Positions 14,214-31,985 of a stretch of 64,000 nt of DNA are shown here, piece after piece (position 1 is the stretch's first letter; each line of letters begins with the position of its first letter). The position numbers and the translations under genes are program-made. Source of the DNA: Octopus vulgaris (taxonomy: Eukaryota); NCBI GenBank assembly GCA_951406725.2, contig OX597814.1, forward strand, positions 221,526,001 to 221,590,000, in the 5' to 3' direction. The notes beneath the pieces were generated by a model, which worked only from the letters and a program-made list of their open reading frames with translations, was not told where the DNA came from and searched no databases.

Positions 14214-14758
14214 GAGTTTGCTTATTGATCGACATGAGCATCCCCTGTGAACATAATAGTTTGCTTATTGATCGACATGAGCATCCCCTGTGATCATAAT
14301 AGTTTGCTTATTGATCGACATGAGCATCCCCTGTGATCATAATATCTCAGCGAAAGAGTTTGACAAGCTCAGAAAATATAAAGACCTACTCATTGAAATT
14401 GAGAAAATGTGGCATCTCAAGGCGGTTACAATACCAGTGATCGTAGGAGCACTAGGAATGATCAAGAAGGGAACCGAAAATTATATGAGAATGATCCCTG
14501 GCTTACCATCCCTGCAAGAAGTGCAAAAGATTGTCTTAACTGGTACATCACACGTATTGAGAAGAGCATTGTCGATGTGAGAACTGTTGCTGCTCATGTA
14601 TTTTAATTTAACTTTAAAAAATAAAAAAAAATAAAAATGAACGAACTACTGAGTTTGGTTTAATGGCCTACCAATATACACTATGAGTTTCTTTGCCCTA
14701 GGAGTCGGGAAGACACTCGGCAAGAAATGGGAGAAAATTTGAAAGAAGAAAAAAAAGT
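14212..14758 (+). mobile_element. R4/Dong 3' fragment, lineage D
   Basis: CLLIDMSIPCDHNISAKEFDKLRKYKDLLIEIEKMW..IPVIVGALG..GTSHVLRRALSM*; distinct 3' UTR; (AAT)n flanks; 43-bp triplication at the 5' end. Confidence 0.88.
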
Positions 14759-14779
14759 AATAATAATAATAATAATAAC

Positions 14780-19184
<4,405 letters not shown>

Positions 19185-19209
19185 AATAATAATAGTTATA
19201 ATAACAATG

Positions 19210-19269
<60 letters not shown>

Positions 19270-19271
<2 letters not shown>

Positions 19272-19525
19272 CAATTCCTATCATAGTAGGTGCATTAGGC
19301 AGGAAAAAAAAAAATATTCAGACAAATACATAACAAGAACACCAGGACTTACAAACACATATACCATACAGAAAATTGCACTACTAGGCACTGCACACAT
19401 CCTACGCAGAACACTTTCCATACAATAACCATCAGAGCATCCCAACAAATCACAGCACATACCCAAGGCACACAGAGCTGCGCTCGGTAGTGAAGTGAAA
19501 GCACGCTATAAAAATAAAACTACTG
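19270..19525 (+). mobile_element. R4/Dong lineage B 3' fragment
   Basis: Near-identical to 18685-18939; within (AAT)n. Confidence 0.9.
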
Positions 19526-19562
19526 AATAATAATGATAATAATAATAATAATAATAATAATG

Positions 19563-19609
<47 letters not shown>

Positions 19610-19610
<1 letters not shown>

Positions 19611-20164
19611 GCCCTGATGCAGTACCAGGCAGTGGCTCTCATGGCTTCTGATCTTAACTGATTGGAAGTGTTATCATGTACATTGTTTTCTCTTGGTATA
19701 AAAGATGGGCTACAGCAAATATTCTACTCAATACCACAGATTTGCTTGTCAGTTGTTTGACCTTAACCAGTTGAGCATGTCCCTTAATGGCTGACGATAT
19801 GTGCATCTCTGATCACGAGCAGAAGTAGTGGGGGAGCATCATAGCCATGTGTTGAGAGGGATTCTTTGGGGTTTGAATAATTCACCTCTGGAAACATGGG
19901 TGGTTCTTTCAACATCCTTTAACAATCCTTATTCAGGGACGTTTTGAGCGGGATGGGCTACTCAACCTGAAGAAAATTCTAACTGGGCCCCACCTGCAAG
20001 GTCATGTGCTGTTTATCTTGATATGAGATCACCATGTTGCGCACATATGGTTGTGATGCATGTGCCTGGTGTACCTTTATCAGACGGGTAGTCATGATGG
20101 GTATATTGGGCTTCGTATATTTTACCCCGGTGTCACTTTGATGGCATGCACTGCTCTCACACTC
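19610..20164 (+). mobile_element. Element X, full copy
   Basis: Same 5' (TGCCCTGATGCAGTACCAGGCAG) and 3' (CTGCTCTCACACTC) ends as 9046-9601; (AAT)n on both sides. Confidence 0.82.
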
Positions 20165-20191
20165 AATAATAATAATAATAATATTAATAAT

Positions 20192-20331
20192 GGGCACAGC
20201 ACACACCCTACGCAAAACACTTTCAATACAGTAATCGTAAGAGCATCACAACAAATCAGAGCACATACCCAAGGCACTCAGAGCTGCGCTCGGTAGTGAA
20301 GTGAAAGCACGCTATAAAAATAAAACTACTG
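20192..20331 (+). mobile_element. R4/Dong lineage B' 3' terminal 140 bp
   Basis: Same 5' breakpoint and diagnostic bases as 19045-19184; no AAT tail. Confidence 0.85.
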
Positions 20332-20780
20332 ACGGTAAAAATGTCACGATTTTCTGGGATTTTCCAGTCAACACCGATAAAAAGATTTAGGATAATCGAC
20401 CAGACATAGTCATTAAAGAGAGAAAAGAAAACACTTGTAGACTAATAGATGTAAGTGTTCCCCCCTGGTAAAAATATATCAGTAATTTGACAAATTAAGT
20501 AAATATAAGGACCAATAATTTAAAATACAAAAGAGTGCGAACTGTTGTTCCTGTTATCATGGATGCCCTAGGTATGATAATATCTCAGGAGAACCATGTC
20601 TCAGAGAAATCCAAAAGATTGTGCTGACAAGTACTGCCCACATCCTTAGAAAAACCCTATCCATTTAAGCATCTGTGTTGTATTACATGAAGATATTTCC
20701 ATACTGCCCCTGCCACTTCTACCTCCCAAGCTTTCAGTCATATTGCAGCATCTCTTGTCCTTCATACGCACTAGGACACA
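20332..20780 (+). mobile_element. R4/Dong 3' fragment, lineage E
   Basis: GKNVTIFWDFPVNTD..NRPDIVIKE..CRLIDVSVP; REIQKIVLTSTAHILRKTLSI*; 3' UTR matches the minus-strand copy at 48795-48905. Confidence 0.82.
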
Positions 20781-20929
20781 TACACACGCGCGCACACGCA
20801 CTGACATACATACACCCACACACACACTCTCTCTCTCACACACACACACATGCACACACATATATAAACGTATGTTGGTAGGGCAGCTATATACACCTTT
20901 GCATTTATCCGACTAGCTCTTTGTTAGTT

Positions 20930-21300
20930 TGCTTATGTCTCTGTATATACTCTGTGGTACTTTCGTTCGACTAAACATTTCAGTACATCTAATGGCTTTC
21001 ATATTTTGCACGTTCATAATGCAAATACAAACAGCCAAGTTCTTCCATATTTTTTTATTCGTACATATCTTAGTAGCATGCTAACGCCATACAGCAGGTC
21101 AGGATCACCTTTTAACGTATTTACACATTGCTTCGCTGCTCTGGTAATACATTCGCCTCCTCAAGAAAACTATACAATTCATTTGCTTTGAGGTGATTTC
21201 ATAATTTCTCAAGTAATGCTATGTAAGTGACTCTCCCTGTTTTAGCTTTGTTCGGTTTTCCTAAATCCTTTTCTTTTTCCATCCATGATAATGCCCAAAT
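20930..21300 (-). mobile_element. Old R4-like RT fragment
   Basis: Minus strand ANELYSFLEEANVLPEQ, resembling LY..L....LPEEQKGC. Confidence 0.45.
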
Positions 21301-21399
21301 TTCTTTACTGCCTGAAAGAAATGTATAAACCTGTGCATGTTTGTGAGATTTGAAAGCCAGAACAACGGGAGTAGTGCGACTTGTGTTCTTTCAAGCCAT

Positions 21400-21690
21400 A
21401 AATTGCAGTGCTCATGTTATCCTTTGGCTAGAAATAGCGAAGGAGTCACGGAAGCACGAGAGAATTCAAGGAGAGAAAGGATAACGATAGGACAAATAGA
21501 TGAAGAGAGAAGGAATTGCATGGCTAACTCATGCAACAGTTCGCGGATGCGGGAAGTAAAGAACGCTTCTTGAACCTAACAGATGGAAACTTGAAACATG
21601 AAACTGAATCGCTAATTATAGATGCTCAGAGATAAACGATAAGAACAATCTTGATAAAGTCGAAGATAGATAAAGAGAAACAGGAAAGAC
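21400..21690 (+). mobile_element. Old R4-like fragment (linker before CCHC)
   Basis: KELHG..GNLKHETESLIIDAQ..IRTILIKSKIDK, resembling LHGQ..LKKETEGLI.AAQ..IRTN.IKAKIDK. Confidence 0.65.
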
Positions 21691-21759
21691 TAAGTAAGAT
21701 AATTGGTTTACTAATTCTTAGAATAGAGATCATAGTATTGTTATTCATACTCTTGGTGA

Positions 21760-24050
21760 TAATAGTAATAAAATATATATTTCAAAGGTGTAAAATATCT
21801 AAAACCTATGTTTTATTTAAACACTATCCACAATCTATAATGAATGGGCACCAATCTAATATTCGAACAGTTCTAATACATAATCAACAACTTACCAGTT
21901 GCCAACAGATGTCTAAAGGAATTCGTAAAAATGACAGTGCTTTATTTAAAAATCCCGCACTGGAATACAAATTCAGATTAAGGATTCCTCTATTTAATAT
22001 CTATAGAGAAATTCCTCATCTTACTGTATCAAAACTTAGTTATATAAGTTTGGTAAAATGTCTCCTGTCATGTTGTATTCTCACATAGACAGAAAATTTG
22101 AGATTAGAAATTTTTGTTCCGAGGGTTACAACCACAAACAGAATACTACGGAAAGGCTAATTTGAAGTGTAGAATAGAGATTTAATGTAGCGAATCAAAT
22201 AAAATTACCCAGATGTCACTCGATGGAGACCTCTAATATGATAAGTATATCATGAAGAAGAAAGAAACACAACTCAAAATATTGGAATGCTTAATGAAGC
22301 AATATTCACCAAAAATAAGAGATTAAAATTAATCGTTTGAAAACAACCGTCACAAATTTTATAGGAGAGAATAAGTAAACAACTTAAAAGTAAATAAATT
22401 ACATAATAAATAAAAATCGATTGGAAACATTTCGGAGAAATATTTTATTTTCAAACAAATTTAAGTGTAAGAAAATTAGAGCCGATGATAAGAATATATA
22501 CCAACAATAGAATTTGAAAGCCCATATTCTCGAGATTCTCGAGTATTTGATTTGAAACATTAAAAAAAATTAGTTAGGGTAGAATCGAAAAAACTGTAAA
22601 ATTTGTAACAATCCCTCTCAGACAGGTGAATATGCAAACCTAAAAGCTTGCAGGTGTGGAAGCAACCTGTATCGAATCTGACTCTTTTTAGAACCAAGTG
22701 ACCTCTGCTGCAAAGAGTAACCAGTTTGTTGTGAACATTGGAAACATCTTAGCTTCGATAATATTCGAAACTTATTGTTGATTGCTATTTGAAATATGGC
22801 CGGGTCAGACGATGTCAATGTTCAACAATGTTCAAATCCGAAATTAGTACCTTGATTACATTTTTGAGAGAATAATAATGGATACTTTAACGAGTAATGA
22901 CAACTAGACTAATTACTGCTTAATAACTTGTCTGCTAGAAATCTATGAATTACTTTTCATAGTACTATTCCCCAATATGACTAGAATCTATAAAAGAAGA
23001 ATTCAGGTCTTTTAGATCTGAGAGAAGTATGTGCCTAATAGCTATGGAACAACTGCCCAGTGCCTTATTAAAAATATGGTACTTGATGATTACGAAGAAA
23101 CGCGGAAAATCTATGCTTGGATTGCGTATAATGTCTCAAATGACTAAAACAAATTATATGACCTCACAGATGAGCCTATTTAAAAGACCAAGGAAAAACT
23201 AGCATACGAATTTGTTTGTGATCTCCCACTGTCATATCATTATGAGTGTCGATATGACAAATATATCACAGCAATAGTAGATCGGGTACATCGGGTACCA
23301 ACTTTATTATATGATAGCCGGATGTGAGGTATTTACATGCAAAGAGGAAATAATTACACTGCCTCTCCGAGGATAAACTAAACTGACAAGCTGCAAATAG
23401 TCCCCGGTATTTCCAGGGACAGTTATAGAAGCTATCATTGAACTGAAAAATGCAATACGAAAAGACTGCAACGACGCAGACTTGCATGTCAGTAAGATGA
23501 TCTTGAGCCTATAGAATTAAAATAATAGAGAAGCCGAATACTTCGGCTTACAATGAAGTTGAGGATGGAGACACTCGAATGTAACTGATAGCAAATACAA
23601 CGACCATGATGAACAGCTATCAATTAATGCCTTTACATGATCAAAACGTCCTCGATCGGGACACACCACATATAAATGTTCAACATATATAATAGATAAC
23701 AAAGTTTATTTCGACCTGAGTAAACTAATAATGTGACTGGTGTGTTAGGCTTTATTTCCTGCAGAAATGAAATTGATATTCCTGATAGACTAAGTTATTT
23801 TACCAAATTAAATAATTATTTTCAGTTAGTTTTTAATTTTCTTCGCACTAAATATCTTGACAATAAAATAATCATTGTTTTCATGCAGTTGGTATTTAAG
23901 AATTATTTATCCTTTAAGAAATGTTATCGTTGTACACCAACCAGTAAACAACCTTACAGATTGTTTCGCACAATTTCAACGAGTATATGAAGGTTATGTT
24001 CCGCTGATGAGGTGTTTATAAAACGGCAAATACGCCAGCGTTGTGTCCAG
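21760..24050 (+). mobile_element. Highly decayed Penelope-like element (tentative)
   Basis: Remnants IAMEQLP (G.AMG-like), LPLSYH..KYITAIVDRVHR (PLE thumb-like), CNDADLHVSKM (possible GIY-YIG remnant), and a hammerhead-like motif at the 3' end. Confidence 0.38.
23995..24050 (+). ncRNA. Degenerate hammerhead ribozyme-like motif
   Basis: CTGATGA (24004-24010), imperfect stem II GGTGTTT-ATA-AAACGGC, mutated GAAA box, stem III ACGC-CA-GCGT. Confidence 0.35.
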
Positions 24051-24703
24051 TAATTGCCAAACGGATGGACGTAATATTACACACTATTTTGTCATGCCTC
24101 AAAAATATTTCAGGTAAGACTTTGAATATTTTCTGCTTTAAATATATCAGCACTCACTTACATAATGCTTTACATGCAGATGGCAACTTTATATATGCCC
24201 GGGCACACAACTTACTCCACTCAGAAATGAAGATCGATTATAACACCTACGAAGCTTCACCTAACTTAGAAATAACATTATGAAAATACTATACAACTTG
24301 AGCATACATACAGAGTATATAATAACACAGAATTAACCTGACGTCATTTCTCATGATGCATATGAAAATAGCGAATTAATATAATCGCTATAGCAATAAC
24401 AAATGACTATAAAGTTGTTCAAAAATCGACTTCGATAGTTAAGGAGTTGCACAGGTTTAGCTATTGAATCAAAAACTTTATGACAGTATAGGAATATATC
24501 CATCATGACTTATGTAATAGATACTATTGGAATGGTGCACGGCCGCTCATATAAAGACATTTATAGATTAACTATAATGATACACATAAGCATGTTCCAG
24601 AAATAACATTACTATTAAGTTCGAACATTTACATTAATGCTTTCGAAGATCTAATCACCCGCTTAATTTTAATGGAAACTCTTGATGTATTTCTGAAATC
24701 ATA

Positions 24704-24803
<100 letters not shown>

Positions 24804-24822
24804 TATAATAATAATAATAATA

Positions 24823-24854
<32 letters not shown>

Positions 24855-24868
24855 TAATAAGAATAATG

Positions 24869-24931
<63 letters not shown>

Positions 24932-24932
<1 letters not shown>

Positions 24933-25137
24933 GACAAATACCTAACAAAAACACCAGGACTTACAAACACATATAACATACAGAAAATTGCACTACTAGG
25001 CACTGCACACATCCTACGCAGAACACTTTCCATACAATAACCATCAGATCATCACAACAAATCACAGCACATACCCAAGGCACACAGAGCTGCGCTTGGT
25101 AGTGAAGTGAAAGCACGCTATAAAAATAAAACTACTG
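24932..25137 (+). mobile_element. R4/Dong lineage B 3' fragment
   Basis: Near-identical to 18733-18939; within (AAT)n. Confidence 0.9.
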
Positions 25138-25150
25138 AATAATAATGATG

Positions 25151-25245
<95 letters not shown>

Positions 25246-25271
25246 AAGAAGAAGAAGAAGAAGAAGACGAA

Positions 25272-26093
25272 GAACTGTACTCAGAGACTGCAAGAAGAGA
25301 AAAACTAAGTTAGCCATGTCATGGATCGATTATCGTAAGCTCTACGATATGATCCCACATTCTTGGATTATAGAAAGTATGAACCTATTTGGTATTGCAT
25401 CGAATGTTGAGCGATTGCTTGGAAAACGTATGCCGAAGTGGAGGATGGAACTGACAGCATATGGAAGAAGTTTAGGGGCAACAGAAATCAGGAGGGGTAT
25501 CTTCCAAGGGGACTGCCTGTCCCCACTGATCTTTGTACTGTGCAAGATACCACTAACACTGATTCTGTGTAAAGCAAAGGCTGGGTATGTATTCAAGAGC
25601 TGCCAATAAAATATCAACCACTTGCTATTCATGGATGACCTCAATCTTTATGGTAAAGATGAATCCCAAGTCAGTTTCACGTTGATACGGTGTATAATTT
25701 CAGTGCTGATATCAGAATGGAGTTTTAAGTCTTGAAGATAGGCAAAATAAAATGCATGGACGGGTTATCGATACCATCGGGGAGAGGTTATGGAGCAGAT
25801 AGGAGAGACGGGCTATAAGTAATTGGGGATATAGGAAATGGATAAAATGATGGAGAAAGAAATGACAGAAAATGGAGTACTTTCGCAGACTGAGGCGGAT
25901 ACTTAAGTCGAAATTAAACGGACGGAATAGGATTGAAGCTACCAACACCTGGTCGGTTTCAATCCTTAGATATGGAGCATGTGTAATCACATGGACAGTA
26001 GACGAATTAAACAGCTTAGAGAAAAAGACAAGGAAGTTGCTAACTAGATATGGGATACTCCACCCAAAAAGTGACACAGACAGACTCTCTATC
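25272..26093 (+). mobile_element. R4/Dong internal RT fragment (lineage C/F-like)
   Basis: LAMSWIDYRKLYDMIPHSW, RRGIFQGDCLSPLIF, INHLLFMDDL, EYFRRLRRILKSKLNGRN, LHPKSDTDRL. Confidence 0.88.
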
Positions 26094-28146
26094 ATAGAAA
26101 GCCTAATTTGTGGAGATCACAAAATTTCAGATGCATTGTTGAAAATGCGAGCATCAATCAGTGTAACTATCCGTTAAACTTGCAAGTACTTTATCTAGGC
26201 ACTATCGGCATGACCATTTGTCTCTCCTATTTCAACGATGTCTACAATTCTATAAAAAATACGGCCATTGTCTTTCAGACTGTTGAAAAAAATCTTGGTG
26301 TGTTTGTGAGGATTTTTCATCATCATTTCCTATCCGATCACCCCACATAATACCAAAGTGCGATAAGACAACTGGTTCTTATTAAAATTAAATTCCAAGA
26401 CGTCTCTGTCCTGTCGAGGTATATATAGACATTTAGTCTAAACACAACGCCTTCACTGCTATTTACGTTCATAACCACCTATTCAATCTTTAGCGTCATC
26501 CGTATCATCCATAAGTTGAGATTCGAGCCTTTCTGGAAACACTGATCTTCTCTTTCCCGATCCAAGTCCACTACAAAATGCTTTTACTTCTTAGTTATCG
26601 AAGTTGAACGCGAATATATGCTTGGCGTAAATCCTCGTCTCACTAATGACAGCAACTTCCATATCTAGTGACACAAGATCGTTGTTCAAGTATTCTTCCT
26701 TCAAAACGGAACTCAGATCAGTTATAGTTTTGCACCTTATCTCTTACATTCGCCGGAAGATAATATTGGGAAAAGTAACCTACATTGGACTTTCGGGTAT
26801 ACTTCCTGATTGTGAGGATATTCTTGAAAGGTTCCTGAAGATGCTAAGTGTCTTGTTTTCAATAAATGCTTATTGAAAATGTCACTAGTGATTTTAAATA
26901 AAAGTCTGCTTGGTGGAAATAGTTCTGATACATGTTCTTCTCTTATGCTTGTATTTGTGATGTCCTATGAACTCCATCAAATCACTAATGTTTCCTTTTA
27001 TAGAAAAGATGTTGATGAAATTTGGCATTTCTCTTTGGCTGTTTGTGTTATTAATGCTGTAGGTGATTTTCTAATTTCCTTTTGTGTTTTCGATTTGGTT
27101 ATTTTTAGATTTATATGGTTTCCTACTTGGTGGCCTCATTATGCGTTTCGCTGTCTGTTGTGGTCTGATGGTTGTGTTAGCGGTGATGGTTGTGTTGATG
27201 GTGATGGTTGTGTTGGTAGTGGCATAGAAGATGGAGTTGCACAGCTGACACAAAAAATCCCTCAAAGATTTCGTCTCGATCTTGTTACATGATGAAGCAA
27301 CAGTGTTGCAGAGGCTTCAGGATTTTGATGTACGTGTACGTTTCTTAATACATGCGTGTGTATGAATGTTTCGGATTGGTGAAATTATGGAGGTATGATT
27401 TTTATAGTCACTACTGTATCTGTGATTGCAGAAATGTCTTTACAGGACGCAGGTTTGGTCTTTGATGCTGTTGTTGCTTTTGATTTCGGAGGCGTATTCT
27501 ATTGCTGTTGTTTTCTGTCATTTAATACCCCTCTCCAGGACACGTTTGCATTCTAGTTTAATAAAATACTGGGTGATACTACATGTACCATCCATGTTAT
27601 AGACTTCTGTCCTAGAGATGAAGTTTTTTATTATTCCCGGAGCTGCACCAGCGCTAAGACTATAGTTACGGTTGCAACCTTTCTGGCGACTAGCAAATAC
27701 AGCATAATTGGTAAAGGTTGTGTAGGAAGGACACTGACTAGCTAAGCTAGTATGTTTGTTTCTGCTTGATGAAACGCATTCGCCCGTTAGTGTTGTTGCT
27801 ACAAACGTGCCATTACGATTGTTCCCACTACTATGTTACTCCAAAAAAGAACAGTGATTTATTCATTTCAAGTGTGATTTTCTTTCCCAATATGATTTTC
27901 GTCATATTTGGCTTATTTCTTCTAGAGCTGCGTTCACTCTCAAAATTGCTAATAGAGATGATGTTGTCCTGTAGGCAGTTTTATCTAATACAAACAAGAA
28001 AAACAAATATATTTAAAATTGCATTTTCCCTCAAGCAGGAGAAAAAAAAACAGAAACAAATTTTTCAACTCAGTATGTAACGGGTTTGCAAGATAACACA
28101 CACACACACACACATAAACACGCACACACACACATATGAACGCATG

Positions 28147-28204
<58 letters not shown>

Positions 28205-28483
28205 GTATGTATATATATATATATGTATATATACATGTACGTTTATATGTGTGTATATATATATATGTATGTATATATGTATGCATGTATTTATATATAC
28301 ATACATAGAAATGTGACCGTAAAAAGAAAACGAAGAATGTAACTCCAAAAAGTTACACGTAAATACCTCTTACTTTGGTGGTATACAATTATAGTATATT
28401 ACTACTACTACAACAACAACAACAACTACTACTAATACTACTACTACTACTACTTCCACGCCACCATCACTACAACAAATAAA

Positions 28484-28537
<54 letters not shown>

Positions 28538-28589
28538 TATTATTATTATTATTATAACAATGACAATATTTTTGTACTGGAAACAAACA

Positions 28590-29585
28590 ACCACAGAACA
28601 AGTTAAGCGTAAGAAAACCTGTGGTAAAACTGCTGCCTTAGATATTCTGACTCATAAGTGATAATAAAAACCTCTCAATGGTAAATGTCCAAAGACAGCC
28701 AATAATGCCTATCTTCACAAAACCCTTACGCATCAATGGTTAGTATCTTCTGGCTTAAAATCAGAAAACAGAAGGGTTTATCATAGCAACCCAAGATCAA
28801 TGCCTATCTACAAGGAGCTACCAGGCCAGCATATTAAAGAACGGCAGTAGCCCAAACAACAAAATAAAACCATCGGTCATGTTGTCTCCATATGCAGTCT
28901 TCTTACACCTACAGTGTATCTCAACAGGCATGATGGAGCAGCACAATATATTCACTGGGTAATTTGCAAAAATCTGAACCTGCCCCATGATATAAACTTG
29001 TGGGAACACAAACCACCTCCAGTGCATGAAAATCCTCACTTCTCCCTCCTCTCAAACTTCACCATCCATACTGAGATAAAGATAGATGCGAATAGGCCAA
29101 GCATTATATTGAAAGACTTCAGACAAAAATCATGCCTCCTCATTGATATGACTGACCCAATAGACATAAATGTATCTGTCGATAGCCACTAAAATCTGAT
29201 TAAGTATAAAGATCCTGAAATAGTAACTGGGAAAATGTGGAAACTCAAAATAAAAACAGTACCTGTTGTCATAGTTGCCCTAGGAATGCTAGCAAAAGGG
29301 ACCGATTCCTACCTAGCTCAGATACCAGGAAACCTCGAAATGGAAGAAATGCAAACGATAGTGCTCATGGGAACTACCCGTATCCTACGTAAAATTACGT
29401 AAAATACTGTCTATATAATCTCAAATCTTAAAACAAACTTATAATTTTCTTATACATTCTTCAGAACAATAATATGTGTAGAACCAAATATATGACAACC
29501 TAGGCATAACACCAACATGAACTTCTAACTTGTTGTCTCTTGAGGTCTCTGGATGAGACTTACAAATACAAAGCAAAAGTGAAAC

Positions 29586-29587
<2 letters not shown>
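28590..29587 (+). mobile_element. R4/Dong lineage A, older decayed 3' ~1 kb
   Basis: YLNRHDGAAQYIHWVICKNL, IDANRP, lineage A 3' UTR, then a long (AAT)n. Confidence 0.88.
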
Positions 29588-29671
<84 letters not shown>

Positions 29672-29737
29672 TATGATGATGATGATGATGATAATAATAA
29701 AATAATAATAATAATGATAATAATAATAATAATAATA

Positions 29738-30140
<403 letters not shown>

Positions 30141-31550
30141 TAATATGAAAAGAGGGAAGAAAGCATCATGCAGATGATTGCGGTTACCATCAAGAGAGAT
30201 CATAGGTGAACCCGACGGTAGTGGGTGTAGATATTTAGTGATTTTGGAGCTGGATGACATTCTACACAGTAAAACGAAAGTCAAGGTCAGGGAGGAATTT
30301 CAAAAAAGGGGGAAGATGGTGTTGAAATCCAACCTCAATGCCAAAAATTTGATTACGGGAATGAATATCTGGACAGTTACTGAGGTCAAATATAGTGTGT
30401 CCATCCTCAAATGGACGAAGGGGGAAACATCAACACTGGATAGAAGGACGAGAATGTTGATGCTGCTGCATAGGGTGCTACACCCTAACGCAAACGTAAA
30501 CAGACTGTATATGAAAAGAAAGCAAATTGTCAGAGGACTAATTAGTATAGACCATCGTATAAGGAGTGAAAGGAGAACGCTTGTCGAGTTTTTGATAATA
30601 GTGATTAAGACCTGCTGCATTATGCCGCGAAAGATATGAGTATAAATGCAGATGAAATGATGAGCAACGAAGAGTATAAACAAAAGCTGGGGAGAAAAGA
30701 AAAGAAAACCTTCTTGAAATGAGAATGCATGGACAGTTTGAAAGGAATACACAGGACGTTAAGGATAATACAGCAACGTGACTTGAGCGAGGTTTTTTGA
30801 AGCGTACCACCAAAAGCCTGATCAATGCTGCACAAGACCAGGCTCTCGTTACCAATTCGGTGAAGTACAACATCTATAAAACTTCTGACACCCAGAAATG
30901 CAGACTCTGTGGAAAGTGTGAAAATGTAACACACTTGGTAAGTGGATGTGAGAGGCTTGCACAAAAAGAATACAAGCGCCGCCACGATAAAGTGTGTGTA
31001 TATCTTCATTGGCTCTTGCGCTGTAAATACCAATATAAAGTAACAGAGAACTGGTATGACAATATAACAAGTAAAGTTTTCCAGGAGGATGGAAAAGTAA
31101 CGATACTCTGGGATTATGATTTTCAGAGGGATCGTATAATCGAACACTGTCGGCCGGATATTGTCATAGTGAATAAGAGAGACAAATACTGCCAGATCAT
31201 TGATGTAGCCATACCAAATGACATGATGTTGTGAGTAAAGTGGTTAAAAAAATCACCAAGTACTCTGCATTGAAAACGGAAGTGGCAAGGCTGTATGGAA
31301 TGCGAGTGGGTAATGTAAAAGTGATACCAGAGGTGATCGGAGCTCAAGTGAATGGGCTCAATCCCATTGAAACTTCAAGACTTCTTAAAGCAACTGGAAA
31401 TCCCATCCAAGATAGATGTCTTACAAAAAGCAACCTTATTGGACACAGCTCACATCTTACGGGAAGTATCATCTGTCTGAGGTCCTTGTTGTGACTTGAC
31501 AGATGACTAAAGACTCCGGTGCATTTTCACCTACACTTTGTTAGAAAGGA
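30141..31550 (+). mobile_element. R4/Dong lineage F, RT thumb to RLE, decayed
   Basis: LHPNANVNRLY, AAQDQALVTN, CRLC..HLVSGC, YKRRHD, ILWD..CRPDIV..IIDVAIP, TAHILRE; short AAT tail. Confidence 0.88.
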
Positions 31551-31569
31551 ATAATAATAATAATCTAAT

Positions 31570-31985
31570 TATCAGAAACTGCAAGAGAAGACACACAAAC
31601 TTGAGCAGGATATAGGTTGATAATCATAATGGGTACGATAAGATATTTCACTCTTGGATAACATGAACTATGTATGGAGTACTAAAAAATATGAGAAGCC
31701 TTATATAAAACAGTATGAAATGTTGGAGAACTGAATTGACAGCAGGGGTTTAGGTATGAGGAGAGGTGAAATCAAGAGAGGAATTTTTCAGTGAAGAAGT
31801 GTATTTCCACTGATATTTATGTTGGGAATTATCCCCTTGTGGGAAATATTGCAGATGACAACGTTAGGGTATGATCTGAGAATTGATAAGGGAAAGCTTA
31901 ATCTCTTGCGATTCATAGATGATTTGAATGTTTTCACAAAAATTGAATCAGAACAGGACAGAACTGTGATGATTTTTCTCGAATA
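31570..31985 (+). mobile_element. Decayed R4-like RT core fragment
   Basis: KRGIFQ*..FPLIF, LNLLRFIDDLNVF. Confidence 0.65.

Noticed and set aside
14215-14343. CRISPR-like repeat array
   Set aside because: Three contiguous repeats with no spacers, made of retroelement coding sequence; eukaryotic context with no cas genes.
26100-27800. Minus-strand Penelope-like fossil
   Set aside because: Only one weak motif (CLD.MSIYTS) recognisable; insufficient without a search.
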